Below are positions 10,576 through 21,629 of a stretch of 63,698 nucleotides of DNA, one piece after another. The stretch's first letter is position 1, and each line of letters begins with the position of its first letter. This DNA is from an uncultured bacterium (GTDB lineage: Bacteria > Omnitrophota > Omnitrophia > Omnitrophales > JACQLI01), in NCBI GenBank assembly GCA_964372875.1, contig CAYJTB010000006.1:1-63698 (forward strand), in the 5' to 3' direction. The notes beneath the pieces were generated by a model that saw only the letters and a program-made list of their open reading frames with translations, was not told where the DNA came from and did no database searches. The position numbers and the translations under genes are program-made.

Positions 10576-11922
10576 TCAGCGGGTTGCAACCGGTGTTTGT
10601 GTTCGTCCGGTCCCTTTCTCAGTTTCTTCTCCTTGTAAAATTTCATTACGGTAGAGCCACAATTTCCCGCGGCAAATGGTTGCCACATTTCTACCTTTGA
10701 GTTTTTTTCCGACGAAACAGGAATTTTTAGATTTGGAGAGAAAGTCTTTTGAATTGACCTCCCACACCTCGTTCAGATCCACCAAGGTTAAATTCGCCTG
10801 GGTGCCTTTACGAATTTCACCAAAACCCCCAGAGAGTTGTAAGATCTCTGCGGGACGTGTGCTCATCCGGACGACCAATTCAATTAAACTCATTTTCTTT
10901 GAATGGACAAGTTCGGTGAGACATACTGCCAGAGACGTCTCAAGACCGATGACACCGAAAGGCGCCTCATCGAACTCCAACATTTTTTCTTCATCGGTGT
11001 GGGGTGCGTGATCCGTCGCAACGCAATCAATCGTTCCGTCCAAAAGTCCTTCTTGAAGGGCTTTGACATCTTCAGGCGTCCGGAGCGGCGGATTCATTTT
11101 GTAATTGGTGTTGTAGCCTTCCACCGCCGTATCGACAAGGGCCAGATGGTGCGGTGTCACTTCCGCACTGATACGGATGCCGTCTTTTTTGGCCTCTCGA
11201 ATAAATTTTACAGACCGTGCTGTTGAAACATGAGCAATATGAAGACGCGCCCCGGTAAGGCGCGCCAGTTGGGCATCCCGCATCACCGCAGTTTCTTCAC
11301 TCTCGTCGGGAATTCCTTTGAGTCCCAAACGTGTGGACATCAGACCTTCATTCATCACGCCGTTGGCCGAAAGCCTTTTGTCTTCACAGTGGCTGATGAC
11401 TAAAAGATCAAGCATCGAAGCATATTCCATGGCGCGGCGCATCAGAAGCGAATCGTTGACCCAGCTTCCGTCATCGGTCACGGCCCAAATTCCTGCGCGC
11501 TTCAAGTCCGCCATCTCGGAAAGCTCTTTGCCTTCGCGGCCTTTACTAATTGTTCCGGCGGGGAACAGATGAAACGGTACCTCATGGGCTTTTCGAATGA
11601 TGTTATCAATCACACTTTGATGATCGCAGGCTGGCTGGGTATTGGGCATGGAAACACAACCAATAAAACCGCCCCGCAGCGCAGAACGGGCGCCCGATTG
11701 AATGGTTTCCTTCTGTTCATTTCCCGGCTCACGAAAATGCGTATGCAGATCAATGAGACCCGGTAAGAGATAAAGACCGGTTGCCTCAATCACTGTCTCG
11801 CCTTCAGACTTAAGATCTTTTCCTATCTCCGCCACTTGGCCCGCCTTGATTCGAAGGCTCATGACCTGATCGATTTTATTTTTAGGGTCAACGATATGGG
11901 CTCCTCGGATTAAAAGGTTCAT
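10576..11922 (-). CDS. pyrC: Dihydroorotase
   Basis: DLHTHFREPG metal-binding motif. I prefer the ATG at 11922, preceded by GAGGTGA. The longest ORF starts at TTG 11952. Confidence 0.9.
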   Translation of the reverse strand: MNLLIRGAHIVDPKNKIDQVMSLRIKAGQVAEIGKDLKSEGETVIEATGLYLLPGLIDLHTHFREPGNEQKETIQSGARSALRGGFIGCVSMPNTQPACDHQSVIDNIIRKAHEVPFHLFPAGTISKGREGKELSEMADLKRAGIWAVTDDGSWVNDSLLMRRAMEYASMLDLLVISHCEDKRLSANGVMNEGLMSTRLGLKGIPDESEETAVMRDAQLARLTGARLHIAHVSTARSVKFIREAKKDGIRISAEVTPHHLALVDTAVEGYNTNYKMNPPLRTPEDVKALQEGLLDGTIDCVATDHAPHTDEEKMLEFDEAPFGVIGLETSLAVCLTELVHSKKMSLIELVVRMSTRPAEILQLSGGFGEIRKGTQANLTLVDLNEVWEVNSKDFLSKSKNSCFVGKKLKGRNVATICRGKLWLYRNEILQGEETEKGTGRTQTPVATR

Positions 11923-11983
11923 CCCATCACCTCGATTGGCCCGAAGGGCCAATCCACTTTCAGCGGATATCCAGGTGATGGGA

Positions 11984-13537
<1,554 letters not shown>

Positions 13538-13574
13538 GATCGTTTGTCTCTAAATTTTTCATTTTGCGCCTTTG

Positions 13575-13591
13575 CCGGTCTCTCAGGACCG
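13575..13591 (-). promoter_or_regulatory. PyrR-binding-loop-like hairpin
   Basis: Minus strand CGGUCCUGAGAGACCGG resembles the PyrR RNA motif (..UCCAGAGAGG..). It lies upstream of the attenuator terminator. Confidence 0.4.
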
Positions 13592-13626
13592 ATTTAAAAG
13601 GATCTTTGCATCAAAACAACTGCGAT

Positions 13627-13655
13627 AAGTTACACGACTCCGGTTCTTCTGTCAA
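13627..13655 (-). promoter_or_regulatory. Putative sigma70-type promoter of the pyr operon
   Basis: TTGACA (13655-13650), 17-nt spacer, TAACTT (13632-13627). It starts about 20 nt after the rnpB 3' end. Confidence 0.4.
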
Positions 13656-13675
13656 TCAACACATTCATAAGGACA

Positions 13676-14153
13676 GGCCCTTTTCTTGAATAAGCCGAGT
13701 TCTGTCCGCGCCCAAATAGGCGCGGTGGAACCATCTCTCTGGGACCTTACTCGCATAAGGCCGCTTGCGGCCGAACCCGGAGATTATGGCCGAAGCCAAA
13801 GGAGCGGGCCGCTCCTTCTCTTTTCAGATTTTTCTCCTGTTTGACCTTTCTCCGCGTAGAGATTGCCGCGTTTCACTCCCTCGACGCGTTCACTGCGCTC
13901 ACTTGCTCGGGACAAGCCCTCCCACATCGAGGAACTTGGCCTGAGCACGTCCCGCGAAAGCGGGACACGTCGAAGGCCTCGTCTCTGTGGCTCTCCCGCC
14001 AAACTGTATGGCAGGTCCGCCAATTTTTTTGGCGGAGATCCGTCCGCCACGACTTGTGGCGGAGGTGGGTATTACCCACTACGCTGCCCAATGGAGCTCG
14101 GACTTTCCTCTCTTCACATAAAGCAAAGAGCGATTCCCTTCAAGAAAAGGGCC
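13676..14153 (-). ncRNA. rnpB: RNase P RNA, bacterial type A
   Basis: Conserved blocks on the minus strand: GAGGAAAGUCCGAGCUCC (CR-I/P4), GAGAGCCACAGAGACGAG, GUGAAACGCGG and ACAGAACUCGGCUUAU (CR-V). A 15-bp P1 forms between GGCCCUUUUCUUGAA (5') and UUCAAGAAAAGGGCC (3'). Confidence 0.9.
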
Positions 14154-14160
14154 GGACACT

Positions 14161-14168
14161 ATTATACA
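14161..14168 (-). promoter_or_regulatory. Extended -10 (TGTATAAT) for rnpB
   Basis: TGTATAAT on the minus strand ends 7 nt upstream of the first P1 nucleotide. Confidence 0.4.
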
Positions 14169-14218
14169 GAATTTAAGTTTCGAAGGAAGGTTTAAGGCAG
14201 GAATTTCTATAGGAGATC

Positions 14219-14299
14219 AGCTTCCCGGCCTCCTGGCAACCAAACTCTTTTCAGGTCTTGGTTGCCAAACCAAGGGAGGTGAACTGAGGCCGGGGAGCT
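14219..14299. other. 81-nt GC-rich nested hairpin between the porin gene and rnpB
   Basis: 14-bp outer stem (14219-14232 / 14286-14299). It encloses a perfect 10-bp inner stem (14234-14243 / 14258-14267). No U-tract on either strand. Confidence 0.45.
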
Positions 14300-14318
14300 A
14301 AGGCTCCTAAATTAAAAC

Positions 14319-15614
14319 TTACGCAAAATTGTAAATGAGCTGCACACTCGCGGTTGACTGGTGACTGTCGCCGTCAAAAATCGGCGCATCACTCCAATCA
14401 TAGCGGTATTCCAAACGGCTGATGAGGTTTGTGTAAAGCTTGTGCTCTGCCGTTGCGGTCCATTCCCAGTAGTCGCGTTCCCGGGCGTCTGCCACATTCT
14501 GTAAAGCACCGGCCCCGACTCTAAAGGTGTCATCATCCAAGAAGTATTCAAAGCGGGTCGCCAAAGCAGATTTCTCGGTAACTTGATACCGCCCGTAGAG
14601 CGCAAATCCCCACCAATCACCATCTTCAAAGGGTTTGGGACCGGCCACGACTCTGCTTTCATTGCCAACATCTACATTGGCCATCAATGAAAGTTTGTTA
14701 GTGGCGTGCCACAAGGCAACAAAGTCATAAAGTTGGCGTTTATGCCCGTTTTGATTCAAATTTTCAGGACCAATGTAACTGGTCAAGCTAAAAAAGAACG
14801 CATCGCTGGGTTTGTAGGCGATTTGACCCTCCCAGGTTTTATAGGTGTTGTTGTCTTCGATCAGATCCCAACCGTTGTTGAGGCCCGTGGTCAAAGTCAC
14901 TTTGTCTTCAAAAAGACCGTAAGCGGCCCGGACACCGGTATGTGTGAAGGGTATTGCATACCCAAACAATAGCGATCGAGTGGTATTCCAGTTATCTTTA
15001 GATTCAATCACTTCAGCGCCAGCCAAGGTCACAAATTTTCCGGCCTTGATATATACATTGTCGCCCAAGGTTGAATTTCCTTCCAAAGAAGCAATGGGAA
15101 TACGGGCTTCGACATAGGCTTGTTCAAAATCAAATTCGTCTGATTCACTGCCTCCTGAACTAATCACTTTAGCATCGGAGCCGTAGAGAATGTCCGTTCT
15201 GAAACCCACACCGCCTGCTTCTGGAGCAGGTTTGTCAAAGGCAAGCTTTACCGCATGAACCGTAAAGCTGTTTGATTCGGTATCAAAAACTCCGAGAGAC
15301 TGATTACGATCAACCGTAGCTCCTGTAGGTGCGGGGTAAGGTGAGCCGGCAGGGTTGTAATGGTAAGCTGTGTCCACATAGCCGGTCAAACGGATTCCAG
15401 AAACTGCGCCTTCAATAAAATTTCCGGAGGCGGCATCTCCTGAAGGAACAATATTAGTGGGTTTTGCCGTGCGGTCTTCGAGTTCAGAAATACGATTATT
15501 GAGTTTTGCGACCTGTTTTTTTAAAGCCGCCAACTCGTTTTCATCTGCAAACGCTGGCAAAGCTATACCGAACATTAGCGAGATCGTTAAGAAACGGATC
15601 AACCATCCTCTCAT
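14319..15614 (-). CDS. Outer-membrane beta-barrel porin-like protein with N-terminal coiled coil
   Basis: Signal peptide ...ALPAFA, then coiled coil (ELAALKKQVAKLNNRISELEDR). Alternating amphipathic beta-strand pattern; C-terminal ...SVQLIYNFA. Confidence 0.6.
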   Translation of the reverse strand: MRGWLIRFLTISLMFGIALPAFADENELAALKKQVAKLNNRISELEDRTAKPTNIVPSGDAASGNFIEGAVSGIRLTGYVDTAYHYNPAGSPYPAPTGATVDRNQSLGVFDTESNSFTVHAVKLAFDKPAPEAGGVGFRTDILYGSDAKVISSGGSESDEFDFEQAYVEARIPIASLEGNSTLGDNVYIKAGKFVTLAGAEVIESKDNWNTTRSLLFGYAIPFTHTGVRAAYGLFEDKVTLTTGLNNGWDLIEDNNTYKTWEGQIAYKPSDAFFFSLTSYIGPENLNQNGHKRQLYDFVALWHATNKLSLMANVDVGNESRVVAGPKPFEDGDWWGFALYGRYQVTEKSALATRFEYFLDDDTFRVGAGALQNVADARERDYWEWTATAEHKLYTNLISRLEYRYDWSDAPIFDGDSHQSTASVQLIYNFA

Positions 15615-15727
15615 TGGAAACCTCCCTTTGGCTTAATTCAATTTAAGTTCACTACAAACAAAGAAAACAACAGAACCTTTTGATCAACAATAACTATGCC
15701 AACGCAAGTCCCGTACAACTGGCGGAA

Positions 15728-15756
15728 AGGCTACAGGAAAACTCTACCAATGTCAA
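15728..15756 (-). promoter_or_regulatory. Putative promoter of the porin gene
   Basis: TTGACA, 17-nt spacer, TAGCCT on the minus strand, about 110 nt upstream of the start codon. Confidence 0.35.
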
Positions 15757-15784
15757 ACAGCTTTGTAGGGGGCCGACAAAATTG

Positions 15785-15857
15785 TGGGCCCGCCTGGATT
15801 TGAACCAGGGACCGACGGATTATGAGTCCGCTGCTCTAACCGCTGAGCTACGGGCCC
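15785..15857 (-). tRNA. tRNA with CAT anticodon (Ile2 lysidine-type favoured, elongator Met possible)
   Basis: Acceptor GGGCCCG/CGGGCCC; anticodon stem GCGGA/TCCGT with loop CTCATAA; T-arm CCTGG-TTCAAAT-CCAGG; A73. Not initiator-like: no 3 G-C pairs in the anticodon stem and position 1-72 is paired. C4-G69 and C5-G68 resemble E. coli ileX. Confidence 0.85.
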
Positions 15858-15861
15858 AAGG

Positions 15862-16266
15862 TTAAGAATTAATGTTTTCTTCAATGAGTTTTTTTAAAAT
15901 GTTGGAATCAACGGGTTTGGTAACAAAAGCGGAGACTCGTTCTTGCTCAAAAAGCGTTTTCATTCCTTCCCCCGTCCCCGTGACAATGATGACGGGGAGA
16001 TTGCGGATTTTATCTTCACGATCGGAATTTTCAGCGTCCCGAAAGGAACGCAATCTTCTGAGGAAGGTATAGCCGTCTTCTTCCGGCATTCGAATATCAA
16101 GAAGGATAAGGTCGGGGGGTGTTGCTAGAACGTCTTTCCAGCCGTCGCCGCTTTTGGTGAAGGCCACGGCGGAGTAGCCAAACATCTCAAGGCGGGCTTT
16201 CAGGACCTCACAAAGCGCAGCTTCATCGTCCAAAATCAGGATGCGCTTTTTTGATTCAGAGGGCAT
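15862..16266 (-). CDS. Stand-alone response-regulator receiver domain (CheY-like)
   Basis: DD pair (ILILDDE), phospho-acceptor D in LILLDIRMP, T in VIIVTGTG, K in VTKP. No output domain. Starts 6 nt after the rpoD stop. Confidence 0.85.
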   Translation of the reverse strand: MPSESKKRILILDDEAALCEVLKARLEMFGYSAVAFTKSGDGWKDVLATPPDLILLDIRMPEEDGYTFLRRLRSFRDAENSDREDKIRNLPVIIVTGTGEGMKTLFEQERVSAFVTKPVDSNILKKLIEENINS

Positions 16267-16272
16267 GAATGA

Positions 16273-17925
16273 TTATTCGTTGAGTTTGAGATCCAGAAAG
16301 TTTTTTAATTTTCTTGCCCGGGTCGGATGGCGAAGTTTCCTGAGCGCCTTGGCTTCAATTTGACGAACCCGTTCACGAGTGACATTAAAAATCTGCCCCA
16401 CTTCTTCCAGGGTGCGGGGATAACCATCTCCGATACCAAAACGAAGCCGTAAAACTTTTTCTTCCCTTTCGGTGAGCGTGGACAAGACCCCGTCCATCTG
16501 CTCTTTCAACATACTATAAGCCGTCGCATTGGCAGGTGAAATGGCCGATTTGTCTTCGATGAAATCACCAAAGGTTGTGTCGCCCTCATCGCCGATCGGA
16601 GTTTGCAAGCTGATAGGCTCTTGGGCGATCTTAAGAATCCCCTTCACTTTTTCGACGGGCATTCTCATGACGCGCGCAACTTCTTCCGGCGTGGGCTCTC
16701 TGCCGGTCTCCTGGACCAGATGACGAGAGGCGCGGAAAAATTTGTTGATTGTCTCAATCATGTGAACAGGGATACGAATCGTCCGGGCCTGGTCGGCGAT
16801 GGAACGTGTGATCGCCTGGCGAATCCACCACGTAGCGTACGTAGAAAATTTATATCCGCGTTTGTATTCGAACTTATCAACAGCCTTCATTAAACCGATA
16901 TTGCCTTCTTGAATTAAATCAAGAAAGGAGAGGCCGCGGTTGGTGTATTTTTTGGCGATGCTCACTACGAGTCTGAGATTGGCCGCCACCAAGGCTTTTT
17001 TCGATTTAGAGAGTTCGCGTTCGCGTTTTTGAACACCTCGCAAATATTCGTGAATCTTACTTTCAGGTTCAGCCAGCTCTTCCAGAATCTGTTGATTCTT
17101 TTTATTGAGAGGACCGATAGATCCTCGGTCTTTTCGGCGACGGAATTTTTCAATCGCATCACGATTTTTACGCAGCTCTTCCAACTTCGCGCGCAGATTA
17201 GCGATGATCTGTTGAACAATCATGATGCTGAGATTAAATTGCATCAAAAGCTGAACGTGATTAGAACCTTTTCTGGAAGCCCGCAGACGCCGGGTTAAGA
17301 CCTTGAGTTTCTTTTTGGTTAAGGCAAGTTTTGCTTCGTGATCTTCATCGATAATGGTCTCAAGATTGACTTCTCCGCTTTGGATTTGATTGGTAAGCTT
17401 CAGCACTTCGATCCGCGCTGACTTCATTTGATAAGCCGCTTCCTTCAGACGGTCTTCGGCTTCTTCAATTTCTTTGGCAAGTTGGATTTCTTGATTGCGG
17501 GTTAAAAGAGGAATCTGACCCATTTGGCGCAAATACATTCGCACCGGGTCATCCATCCGCGCCTTCTCATATTCCTCTTCCGCGATTTCGCGCCCCTCTT
17601 CGATCTCCCGGTCCCGTTTCGATTCTAAAGGCTTGTCATCTTCAATCTCGGGCAAAGGCGGGGGCGGCTTTTTTTCGATGGTCCCGCTTGTGATTTCGAT
17701 ATTTTTTTTATTTAACATACCCATTAGCTCTTCAATTTTTTCTGATGAATTTATATTCGCGGGCAGAGACTGATTAATTTGCTCATAAGTAATGAAACCT
17801 TGTTTTTTGCCAAGGGCTACTAATTTTTCAGCTACCTGTCGAAAGGAAGATCCCAGGCTTTTTGTTGCCGTTCCGTTCATCTTCTTCTTGCCTCCAACAA
17901 TCGCTTTGCGGATTCTCTCCCCCAT
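16273..17925 (-). CDS. rpoD: RNA polymerase primary sigma factor
   Basis: Region 2 [12 protein letters not shown] and region 4.2 [20 protein letters not shown]. The likely true start is the ATG at 17880 (M16), preceded by GGAGG. Confidence 0.95.
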   Translation of the reverse strand: MGERIRKAIVGGKKKMNGTATKSLGSSFRQVAEKLVALGKKQGFITYEQINQSLPANINSSEKIEELMGMLNKKNIEITSGTIEKKPPPPLPEIEDDKPLESKRDREIEEGREIAEEEYEKARMDDPVRMYLRQMGQIPLLTRNQEIQLAKEIEEAEDRLKEAAYQMKSARIEVLKLTNQIQSGEVNLETIIDEDHEAKLALTKKKLKVLTRRLRASRKGSNHVQLLMQFNLSIMIVQQIIANLRAKLEELRKNRDAIEKFRRRKDRGSIGPLNKKNQQILEELAEPESKIHEYLRGVQKRERELSKSKKALVAANLRLVVSIAKKYTNRGLSFLDLIQEGNIGLMKAVDKFEYKRGYKFSTYATWWIRQAITRSIADQARTIRIPVHMIETINKFFRASRHLVQETGREPTPEEVARVMRMPVEKVKGILKIAQEPISLQTPIGDEGDTTFGDFIEDKSAISPANATAYSMLKEQMDGVLSTLTEREEKVLRLRFGIGDGYPRTLEEVGQIFNVTRERVRQIEAKALRKLRHPTRARKLKNFLDLKLNE

Positions 17926-17999
17926 TAGAAGTACTTGAGTATAACGTATGATTTAAAAATCGGCTAGTTTGTTGAATTAATGAAGCATTTTAATTAGTT

Positions 18000-19760
18000 T
18001 CAAACCCTTTCAGACAATAGGGATCGGTACTCTTTAAGAAGTTCACTAACTCTGTTGTTCTCGCCCTTTCCCTCCGCCAGGGAAATTGCGCGGCGGAGGT
18101 GCTCAAGATGTTCATCCATCCTGCGTCTTTTGACCTTTTTGACGCAGTCTCCTAAGGCCTTTTCTTTCTCGGCAAAGCTAAGTTCGCTCATCGAATGGCT
18201 CACAATGAAGGACTTGATCGTTTCATCTTCCAGACGGTTCAGCAATTTATGGTATGACAAGGAAGTGCCTTGATTATGTTTTAACCACTCAAAGACCTGC
18301 CGCGCGGAGGGGTGGCGAAAGTCATCTGCTGAAATCTCAGCCTCTGCTTTTCCCCAAAGTTTGGGCTCTTCTAACAGAAGACCCACGATGGTCCCCTCCT
18401 CAGGAAAAGTTACCTCCGTACGGGAAACCGACGTTTGACTGGAGGGCGTCTTGGCGTCACGGGCTTGATCTTTACGAAGTCTCTCCGCCAATTTCGTTCG
18501 CAACGCATTTTCTCCAATCCCCAACAAGCCGGCCAGTTGTCTTAAATAGCGATCCAGCAAAATGGGATTTTTGATTTTGGAAAGTGTTTCTAAAAATTCA
18601 GTGGAGATTTTAAGCAGGCCCGCGGGGTCGGTAGTTTTGTGACGGCGTGAGAGAAGATTCCATTTAAAATCAAAAAAATCCGCGGCTCCATCAATCAACT
18701 GTTTAAATGCGTCGGCCCCTTTTTCTTCAATGAAGGTATCCGGATCCTTTCCCGCGGGAAGGGATGCCACTTTCACGCTCATTTCTCCTTCCAGAAAAAT
18801 TTCAAGCCCGCGTAAGGATGCCGCTTCTCCCGCTTTGTCTCCATCAAAAATCACCACCGCTTCTTGAACATATCTTTTCAAGATACGGACATGATCTTCG
18901 GAGAGCGCAGTGCCGAGGGTGGCCACCACATTTTGAAAACCGCTCCAATAAACTTTGAGACAATCAAAATACCCTTCGACGATGAGAATTCGTCCCTCGG
19001 TGGGGAGTGCGCGTTTCGCTAAGTGCAGTCCGTAAAGCTCGCGGCGTTTTCGAAAGATAGGAGATTCTGGTGAGTTTAAATATTTAGGAGTTTCATCTCC
19101 CAGGGCCCTTCCTCCTAATGCGATGACTTTTCCTTGGGAATTATGAATCGGAAACATCAGCCGGCCGCGGAAGAGATCATAAGGATGGCCTTCGCGGCCC
19201 TTTTGGATAAGACCGGAGCGGTAAGCGACGGCATCTTTTATTTCTCGCCTCATGAGAAATTCAAAAAGCCCGCGCCAATCCGTTGTGGCGTATCCTAAGG
19301 GCGTCTCTTTGAAAATTCCCTCTCCCAATCCGCGCTTCTTCAGATAGTTGCGGCCCGCGGCACCTTTTTCGGGGTGTTTTAAATTTTCTATGTAATATTC
19401 CTGAGCCAGCCGGTAGACCTCATAAAGAGATTCGGTCTCCGAGACTTCGGCCGGTGCGCGCTGCGTGGCCTCCGGCAAGGGATAGTTCACCCGGGCCGCG
19501 AGATTGCGGAGGGCCTCAGGAAAGGTCAGGTTTTCATATTTCATTAAGAAACTGAAAACATTGCCGCCCGCGCTGCAGCCAAAACAATGGAAAATCTGTT
19601 TTTCAGGATGAACGATAAAGGAGGGGGTTTTCTCCTGATGAAAAGGGCAGCACGCCTTGAAGGTCCTGCCGCTTTTTTTTAAGGGTAAATAATTGGAGAT
19701 GATATCAACGATGTCATTTAAAGATTGGACTTCATCAATCACTCTTTCTTCGTAACGCAT
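18000..19760 (-). CDS. dnaG: DNA primase
   Basis: Zinc ribbon CPFHQEKTPSF...CFGC, TOPRIM region (IVEGYFD), 586 aa. Lies upstream of rpoD. Confidence 0.95.
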   Translation of the reverse strand: MRYEERVIDEVQSLNDIVDIISNYLPLKKSGRTFKACCPFHQEKTPSFIVHPEKQIFHCFGCSAGGNVFSFLMKYENLTFPEALRNLAARVNYPLPEATQRAPAEVSETESLYEVYRLAQEYYIENLKHPEKGAAGRNYLKKRGLGEGIFKETPLGYATTDWRGLFEFLMRREIKDAVAYRSGLIQKGREGHPYDLFRGRLMFPIHNSQGKVIALGGRALGDETPKYLNSPESPIFRKRRELYGLHLAKRALPTEGRILIVEGYFDCLKVYWSGFQNVVATLGTALSEDHVRILKRYVQEAVVIFDGDKAGEAASLRGLEIFLEGEMSVKVASLPAGKDPDTFIEEKGADAFKQLIDGAADFFDFKWNLLSRRHKTTDPAGLLKISTEFLETLSKIKNPILLDRYLRQLAGLLGIGENALRTKLAERLRKDQARDAKTPSSQTSVSRTEVTFPEEGTIVGLLLEEPKLWGKAEAEISADDFRHPSARQVFEWLKHNQGTSLSYHKLLNRLEDETIKSFIVSHSMSELSFAEKEKALGDCVKKVKRRRMDEHLEHLRRAISLAEGKGENNRVSELLKEYRSLLSERV

Positions 19761-19763
19761 CGT

Positions 19764-20321
19764 TTATTTACCTCTGAGAGGAGGAATGAGTCGACTGACT
19801 GTTTCATGAATTTTTGCTGGAACTTGCGAAACCGTCTGACCGCTCCAGGAATCTACTTTATAAGAACGCTGGATCCAGTCGAGAGGAAAAAGAGCTAGAA
19901 AGTAAGAGAGCATACAGAAAAAGAGAAAATACCTGATGCCCCCTATAAAAAACCCGCCCACCCATTGGATCGGCGTGGCTACTTCCATATGGGCCAGCTT
20001 TCCCAAGATCTCAAAAAACAGACGAAGCACCAGCCAGGTGGCGATCCAACCTACCAGAAAAGTAAAAATCCGGGCGTAGGCTTCCGGCCAAGGGGTTTCG
20101 CGGGAAATCCAGGCCGCAAAAAAAATGTGATACTCCATCGTGAGGAAAAGGGAGATGAGGCTTTCAATGAGCCGGGGGAATTCTTTTCCAATTCCATTTT
20201 TTAAACCGATGAGCACGCCAAAGAAAATAAAGGCAACCAAGGTCCAATCCACCCAGCCGAAATGGGAAAAAAAATATTTCCAGAACCAGTTTTCACCGGC
20301 AACGGCGAACGCATTACCCAC
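19764..20321 (-). CDS. cvpA: CvpA-family integral membrane protein
   Basis: About 4 TM helices and CvpA-like N-terminal region (WVDWTLVAFIFFGVLIGLKNGIGKE). Confidence 0.6.
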   Translation of the reverse strand: MGNAFAVAGENWFWKYFFSHFGWVDWTLVAFIFFGVLIGLKNGIGKEFPRLIESLISLFLTMEYHIFFAAWISRETPWPEAYARIFTFLVGWIATWLVLRLFFEILGKLAHMEVATPIQWVGGFFIGGIRYFLFFCMLSYFLALFPLDWIQRSYKVDSWSGQTVSQVPAKIHETVSRLIPPLRGK

Positions 20322-21624
20322 GAAGATGCTCCTGGGTAACGCCGAAAAGGCAGTCGTCTTTCATCTCTTGGAGCCTAACGTATATCATCTTTCCGATCCA
20401 TTCTTGGGGACCCAAAAACGCGACCTTTAAATAATGGGAGGTATGTCCTTGGAGAAACCCCTCCGAAGAGAGGCCTTCGACTAACACCGGAAAATTTCTT
20501 CCTATGAATTTTTCTTTTTCGCGCCGCGAAATCTCCTTTGAAAATTGGATCAAACGCTGCATCCTTTTGCGCAGGGTTTGAGGGGGAAGATCCGGAAGTC
20601 TTGCGGCTTGGGTTTCGGCGCGGCGGCTATAAGGAAAGGCGTGAATGCGGATGGGGCGAGTCTCTTTAATGAGGGAAAGCGTATTTTCAAAATGCCCTTC
20701 TTCCTCTCCCGGAAAACCTGCCATGACATCCATGGAAAGACAAAAATCCGGGATTTCGCTGCGCAAAGTTTGGATCAGCTCAGAATAAAACGCTTGTCCG
20801 TAACGCCGGTTCATTTTTTTGAGAATCTCCCGGTCTCCGGATTGGAGAGGGATATGAAGCTGGGGGCAGACTTTACCAAGACGCTTCATGGCGGCGATCA
20901 AATCTGGCTTCACGTCCGTGGGTTCGATAGAACTGAGCCGAATGCGCTCAACTCCCGAAACCGAATTTAGATTTTCTAAAAGACTCACGAGATTTTCTTT
21001 TGATTCCAAATCAAGGCCATAGGCACCTAACTGAATCCCCGTCAAAACAACTTCCCGGTAGCCGGAGGCTTGGAGTCTGTTGGCCTCTTCGACAATTTCA
21101 GTCAAGGCGCGGCTTCGGGAACGCCCGCGAACCAACACCACCTTGCAAAAGGAACACGCATGATTGCATCCGTCCTGGATTTTAATAAAGGCCCTGCCGT
21201 TGCCTTGAAAGGTTGAGATTTGAAGGGGAGCAAATTCTGCTTTCGAACGAAACGGGACAGCGCTTGTGTTCTGCACCTGAGGAGTCGCACAGCCTTCAAA
21301 AAGCCTTTTCGCCAAATCCGGCTTTTCTTGATTGGACAAAATAAGATCCACTTCCGGCAGACTGGCAATCTCCTTGCGGTTTTTTTCGACCCAGCATCCT
21401 GTGATCACAATTTTAGCCTCCGGGTTTTCCCGCCGCAGCCTGCGGAGCCAATAACGGTTCTCGCGGTCGGCATCTCCCGTCACCGTGCAGGTATTAAGGA
21501 CGATGACCTCCGCCTGTTTGTCCCGGGATTCTTCCAAACCTTCGCGCAGAAGCGATTCCTTCATCGCCTGCGTTTCATATTGATTCACTTTACAACCTAG
21601 GGTAATAAAACGAAATTTTTTCAT
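20314..21624 (-). CDS. mtaB: tRNA methylthiotransferase, MtaB-like (radical SAM + TRAM)
   Basis: N-terminal TLGCKVNQYET, radical-SAM CNHACSFC, C-terminal TRAM-like domain. Confidence 0.8.
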   Translation of the reverse strand: MKKFRFITLGCKVNQYETQAMKESLLREGLEESRDKQAEVIVLNTCTVTGDADRENRYWLRRLRRENPEAKIVITGCWVEKNRKEIASLPEVDLILSNQEKPDLAKRLFEGCATPQVQNTSAVPFRSKAEFAPLQISTFQGNGRAFIKIQDGCNHACSFCKVVLVRGRSRSRALTEIVEEANRLQASGYREVVLTGIQLGAYGLDLESKENLVSLLENLNSVSGVERIRLSSIEPTDVKPDLIAAMKRLGKVCPQLHIPLQSGDREILKKMNRRYGQAFYSELIQTLRSEIPDFCLSMDVMAGFPGEEEGHFENTLSLIKETRPIRIHAFPYSRRAETQAARLPDLPPQTLRKRMQRLIQFSKEISRREKEKFIGRNFPVLVEGLSSEGFLQGHTSHYLKVAFLGPQEWIGKMIYVRLQEMKDDCLFGVTQEHLRG

Positions 21625-21629
21625 TGTGT

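Noticed and set aside
10572-10688. N-terminal 39-aa extension of the carA longest ORF, and the analogous 41-aa extension of guaA (29589-29711).
   Set aside because: The extensions overlap the upstream genes by more than 110 nt and are not CarA/GuaA-like. The canonical N-termini start at 10571 (ATG) and 29588 (GTG).
13784-14195. Four overlapping ORFs of 72-111 aa on both strands.
   Set aside because: All lie inside the RNase P RNA gene. They are Arg/Ser/Pro-rich products typical of structured GC-rich RNA genes.
15680-15865. 61-aa plus-strand ORF.
   Set aside because: It covers the complement of the tRNA-CAT gene, so it is spurious.
17926-17999. TATACT -10-like box 12 nt upstream of the rpoD longest-ORF ATG, as a third leaderless candidate.
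   Set aside because: A good GGAGG sits 10 nt before the in-frame ATG at 17880, so a normal leadered mRNA starting near 17930 is the simpler model.
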